Below are positions 59,772 through 64,000 of a stretch of 64,000 nt of DNA, piece after piece. Source of the DNA: Vicugna vicugna (taxonomy: Eukaryota); the NCBI GenBank assembly GCA_013265495.1, contig PNXW01004639.1:186001-250000 (forward strand). The letters are read 5' to 3'. The first letter of the stretch is position 1. Every line of letters starts with the position of its first letter. A program made the position numbers and the translations under genes. The notes under the pieces were generated by a model, which worked only from the letters and a program-made list of their open reading frames with translations, was not told the origin of the DNA and did not search any database.

Positions 59772-62700
59772 AAACTGTAAACTTCCAAAAGGCAAGATTT
59801 GGTAAACCCCCCATAACATTTAGCACAACACCCCGAAAAATTATTTCTCAATAAAAGCTCAAGGAATGCAGACTTCAAGAATCAACGCTTAATGCCTTAT
59901 CATCTGAGCCCCAGTCAGTAAATCGGTTTGCTTTGCAGTCATGGGAGCATCCCTCTGAAATATTTTCTCTGTGTTTTTGCAGGGAGGTTCAGGTTTTCGA
60001 GCCCCCTCTTTGCAGCTTCTCCTGCTGCCTTTCTGTTATGGTCTGTGACTGGGGCGCTCACATACGCCGGCACGTCCCTTCTCTCGTACGCGGTGTGTGC
60101 AGAGTCTCAGCGCTCCCTGTCTGTGTCCTGGCACGCCGCTCCTAACACGTTCCTGGGTAGCGCAGCTTCTGCTTGAGTGCACTTGAGACCCACTTAGAGC
60201 GTGTGCTTCGTTGACCTAACACTTCTCAGTAACTCTTCTCCGCCTCGGATAGGAAGTTGCAGGAGAATGCTCGATCTCAGCACCGCTTTGCAATCATTCT
60301 ACCTTTACGCCTTAAGGTCTTGCACCCCCAGATTGGTCTTATCTGCTGCAGTGATTGTCCAGTGCTTCACAGCGGGGCTGCACCCCTAACGCGTCTGCAG
60401 AACTCTCATTTTGTTTCTGGAAAGAGCACAGGAAATTCTGATCCCTGGTCAACTCCAGGGGTGTACAATCTGCAAAGCTCTTACCTGTTCTAAAAACCTC
60501 AGAAGGCGTTCATCGATAAAGAGTGCATCATCTCTGGACTGTGAATCGCTGTGTGAACCTCTCTCGGAGCTACTCTTAAGGAAATATTAGCAATAGCCTT
60601 TTTAATAGTCTACTTGGATAATTGTTTTGTCACAGATCAGTTTTGAGCTACTTACTGTCACCGTTCTATACACGGTGTTAATCTAATTTTACTCCAACTT
60701 GTATTTATTCGTGTCTTCCTCCATCCCCCTCCCCTTTATAAGACGTGCATAAATCAACCGAAGGGAGTCTCATAAAAGCTGTCTCTAGACCTCAGATTGG
60801 TCAGGGACCTCTGCGGTTTTGCTTCTGTCTTTTTTTTTTTTTTCCTGTTCAAGTAAATCCTGTGTATTTTCTTCCTAGAAATAGTCACAATTGTAACAAA
60901 ATAATGAATTGGATAATCAGTTGTTTAATATTTGTCTCCTTTTTTTAAAATGAACACCCGATGCAGGCAAGGGTCTTCCCTTATTCAATACCAAATCCCC
61001 AGGTCCCGCCATCAGCTTGAATGTACTAGGCATTCCATAAATGGTTGTTGAATTAACATTATCCTATTACTTTATTAATTTTATTGAGTACTTTTTGGCT
61101 GTTATTATAATTCTAAGGATGAAGTCCTTTGGCCTCAAAACTGATAAGGACTGCTGCTTTACAGATACGAGCACGTGTTACTTGTAGGCGAATCTACACG
61201 TGAATAAAACATTTGAAACACAAGTTACTATGGAAACAGCCCCTGGTGCAGTGTGATTCAGAAGTAGCTGAGGCTGCAATTCTCAGGCTGGAGGGGCTGG
61301 AGTCACAGACAAACCCTGGCTTTCTGGGCCCCTTACTTCCTCTCGGACACCCCCACCCTCACTTAATCCATTCTTTCTTCAAGTGGGTTACAGGACACTT
61401 GATTGTGATTGGAGCACTTAATCTGTGTGCTCCAACTGATGAAGTTACTGCTTGATTGTGGCACAACTTCATCCATTTACTTTGATTAGATTGTTGCAGG
61501 AAATAGATGGATACCATCACGCTTCTGCTGTTCTGGTTTTGTTTTTTTTTTCCTTTTGTCAAATTCCTCAGGGTATGTCTCAGTTTCTCCACATAATCTT
61601 TTTGGCTATTCCTCGGGGTATGTCATTTCTATGGATAACTAATCTCATCCATTGCATTTTGAATCTTCCTGATTTTATTCCTGGAGGACAACTTTATCTC
61701 CAAGTCCCCTGGTGACTCCCCGCCTCTCCCATAGGAGCCACATGTGGAAAATGACTGCTTGTCGAGGCATAAACCGTATCTCCTCTTTCTTTTCCTTTCC
61801 TGCTGTCTGTTCCTTGTCTCCGAGGAGTGGTGGCAGAGGCTTGCTCGCATATGACTCCCAACAAAGTGTCTGAGAGCTTTTTGTGAATTTTTCATCCCGG
61901 GCCTGGGATCTAACTTGCTGTCGGTGTCTTGCGTGTATTAGACGAGCAGGGCAGACAGGGCAGAGTTTATTAAAAATAATAAGGCAGGGAGGCTCAAAAA
62001 AGCGACAGCTGGAGGCCAGCTGGCCATTTCGCCCACCACACTTGGCCTTTCAGGAGGTCAACAGACGATGGAGTAGGTTGCAACCATTCATATATTTGAC
62101 TTCACGGAAACTTGTCCTTTGGATGAGCACTAGAGAGACTTCTCTTGGTATTCAGAGAAACCAAATGTCAGAGACTGTAGCTCCCCCAGAAAAATTTTAT
62201 ATAGTCTAGTGAGGCGTTGTCTAAAAAAAAATTAAATTTTTTCCCGAAAGAGTCAATGGAGTATGACGGATCTCCTGGGAAATCCTAATTATTGAGTGAA
62301 ATGTTTTAGTCTGTGAAGGATGGTTGTGTTGGGCTTGCGTGCATGCTGGTACGTTGTCTTCTAGCACAGGAATCCTTGTTTTTCAGCACTTCTTTATCTC
62401 TTCCATCTGTACAGTCAGGTCCAGCTCCATGCTCTGTCTCCATGCCTAATTGCTTCCAAAGACAAAAGAGAGTTGCCAGTTTGCAAAGTTAAATATATAC
62501 AAAATGCATTGTTGGTTTTTTTCCTTCATGTTTCACTAACTTACAGATTCAAATATAATCTCTTGACACATAACCTAAAGAACTTTACTTGAAAAGGGAA
62601 ATAACTCTACATTTTTTAATTCAAAAATAACTTTTTTGATCTATAACATCGTCCCTCCCCAAAGACTTCCCGTTCTCCTCTTCACCTAAACGAGTGGCCA

Positions 62701-62787
62701 CGTCATGTGCACTTGAGGGGTGAACCCGTTTTTAGCAGAGCCTGAGAACCCGCACTGACAGATTTAACAACATCTGTATTTTGAACC

Positions 62788-63200
62788 TGTTACCCCACAA
62801 GGTAAAGAACCCAGTTCCCGTCATACCTGAAAGAGAAGTTTACAGTCAGAGACGGCGTGTTGTGTAACGAAATATTTCAAAAGGTTTATTTAAAACAGGA
62901 AAGGTACACCCCCAAGAACAGGAGGCGGGCTGGTCCGAGGGAGGGAGAGTGATGGCTTCTGTCTCCCCTTTCTCTGATGCCCTCACTTAGAGGTGGTCTT
63001 TTGACTGATCCCTGGGGTGCTTAGTCAGGTTTGGCCCCTTTGCGCATGTCCTTACCCATGACTCACACAGAAAAGCCCGTGGAGGTGGCTAAACTGCAAC
63101 GTTAATTATAATACACTGAGCATTGGGTCGGGTCTGGTTAAGTTCTTTCTGCTGCCACAGTCATGGCTGTCGGGTTCTAACTGGTTCCTTGCTAGTGTCA
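62788..63200 (-). mobile_element. Probable ERV1-type LTR
   Basis: Starts tgttacc, ends gtgtca; tttatt (minus AATAAA) near 62885; layout resembles the LTR at 59294. No TSD found. Confidence 0.45.
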
Positions 63201-64000
63201 TTTAGAAGTTGAGTCCTTTTACACTGGAGGCGGGCACAATGCCACCTTCCAGACCACCCTCCCTCTCCTCCATCCGTCTGCCCGGTGCCCCCACTCATCT
63301 ACCCACCTAACAAACCCATGGATCCAACAATCCCATGGAAGTAGAACACCATGGGGCAAGCAAAACATTCTTTTCAGGAGGGAAAATACAGCTCTCCAAG
63401 TACAGGAACTAAACTTCCACAGCTTATTTTTGGGGTAAACTCCTACCACCTTAAAAACAGGGATCATATTCTGAGCCTATTTACCTCTTTGAGCATTATT
63501 TTCTTAATAATTGTCTGTGATTCCAGACTTCAGGAGACAAAAGCAGAAACAGGAGGTAGGGAGAGAGGTTGCTTTTTGGTGTCCACACTGATAAGAGGCA
63601 AGACAGCACAGAGAACTGCAGGAAACTACAAAGAGCTGAGATCAAGAATTTTAAATGGAAGGGGCCTTCCTACCTCATTCCGTTTTGTTGTTTGTTTTTG
63701 TTTGTTCTTTTATCATTCCGTTTTAAAGTCTTCCCTGCACTATAGCATGGAATAGTAATCCAGGTTCCTAATGATAACACTGAGTAATCAGTGCAGTGAA
63801 CATTCACTGACAGATGCCCTGTATTCAGCATCACAGTTTATATTCAGCCCAGCACACTTTCGGGCACAGACTATAGGATTTCAACTCTCATATGTTGAAT
63901 AATACTGTGAAAATAAACTTTGCAGAAACACAACGGAAATTAAGTACATTGTATTGTGATTTTTTTTTATGGGACCATTTCAAGAGAAGGGTATAAGAAA

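Noticed and set aside
1..64000. CRISPR array, operon, defence system or foreign insert
   Set aside because: No regularly spaced repeats, long intronless ORFs or compositional breaks unexplained by the CpG island or transposons. The window reads as ordinary mammalian DNA.

Overview
Mammalian genomic DNA, probably camelid judging by its tRNA-derived SINEs. It carries one complete protein-coding gene on the + strand, NEIL3 (endonuclease VIII-like 3 DNA glycosylase). I assembled 10 coding exons by hand from 18687 to 49227. All introns are GT-AG with consistent phases, and the CDS is 1821 nt (606 aa). It encodes the N-terminal Val2 nucleophile, H2TH motif, Fpg-type zinc finger, RanBP2/NZF finger and two GRF zinc fingers. 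A CpG-island promoter surrounds exon 1 and an AU-rich 3' UTR follows exon 10. The rest is intron or intergenic sequence filled with L1, L2, MIR, MaLR/ERV LTRs, DNA-transposon relics and three young SINEs with target-site duplications. Nearly all other entries in the ORF track are spurious or repeat-derived. I found no convincing new biological system. The findings are modest hypotheses about regulation, splicing and evolution. Repeat family names and comparisons with human NEIL3 come from memory, not from a database search, and repeat boundaries are approximate unless termini are quoted.
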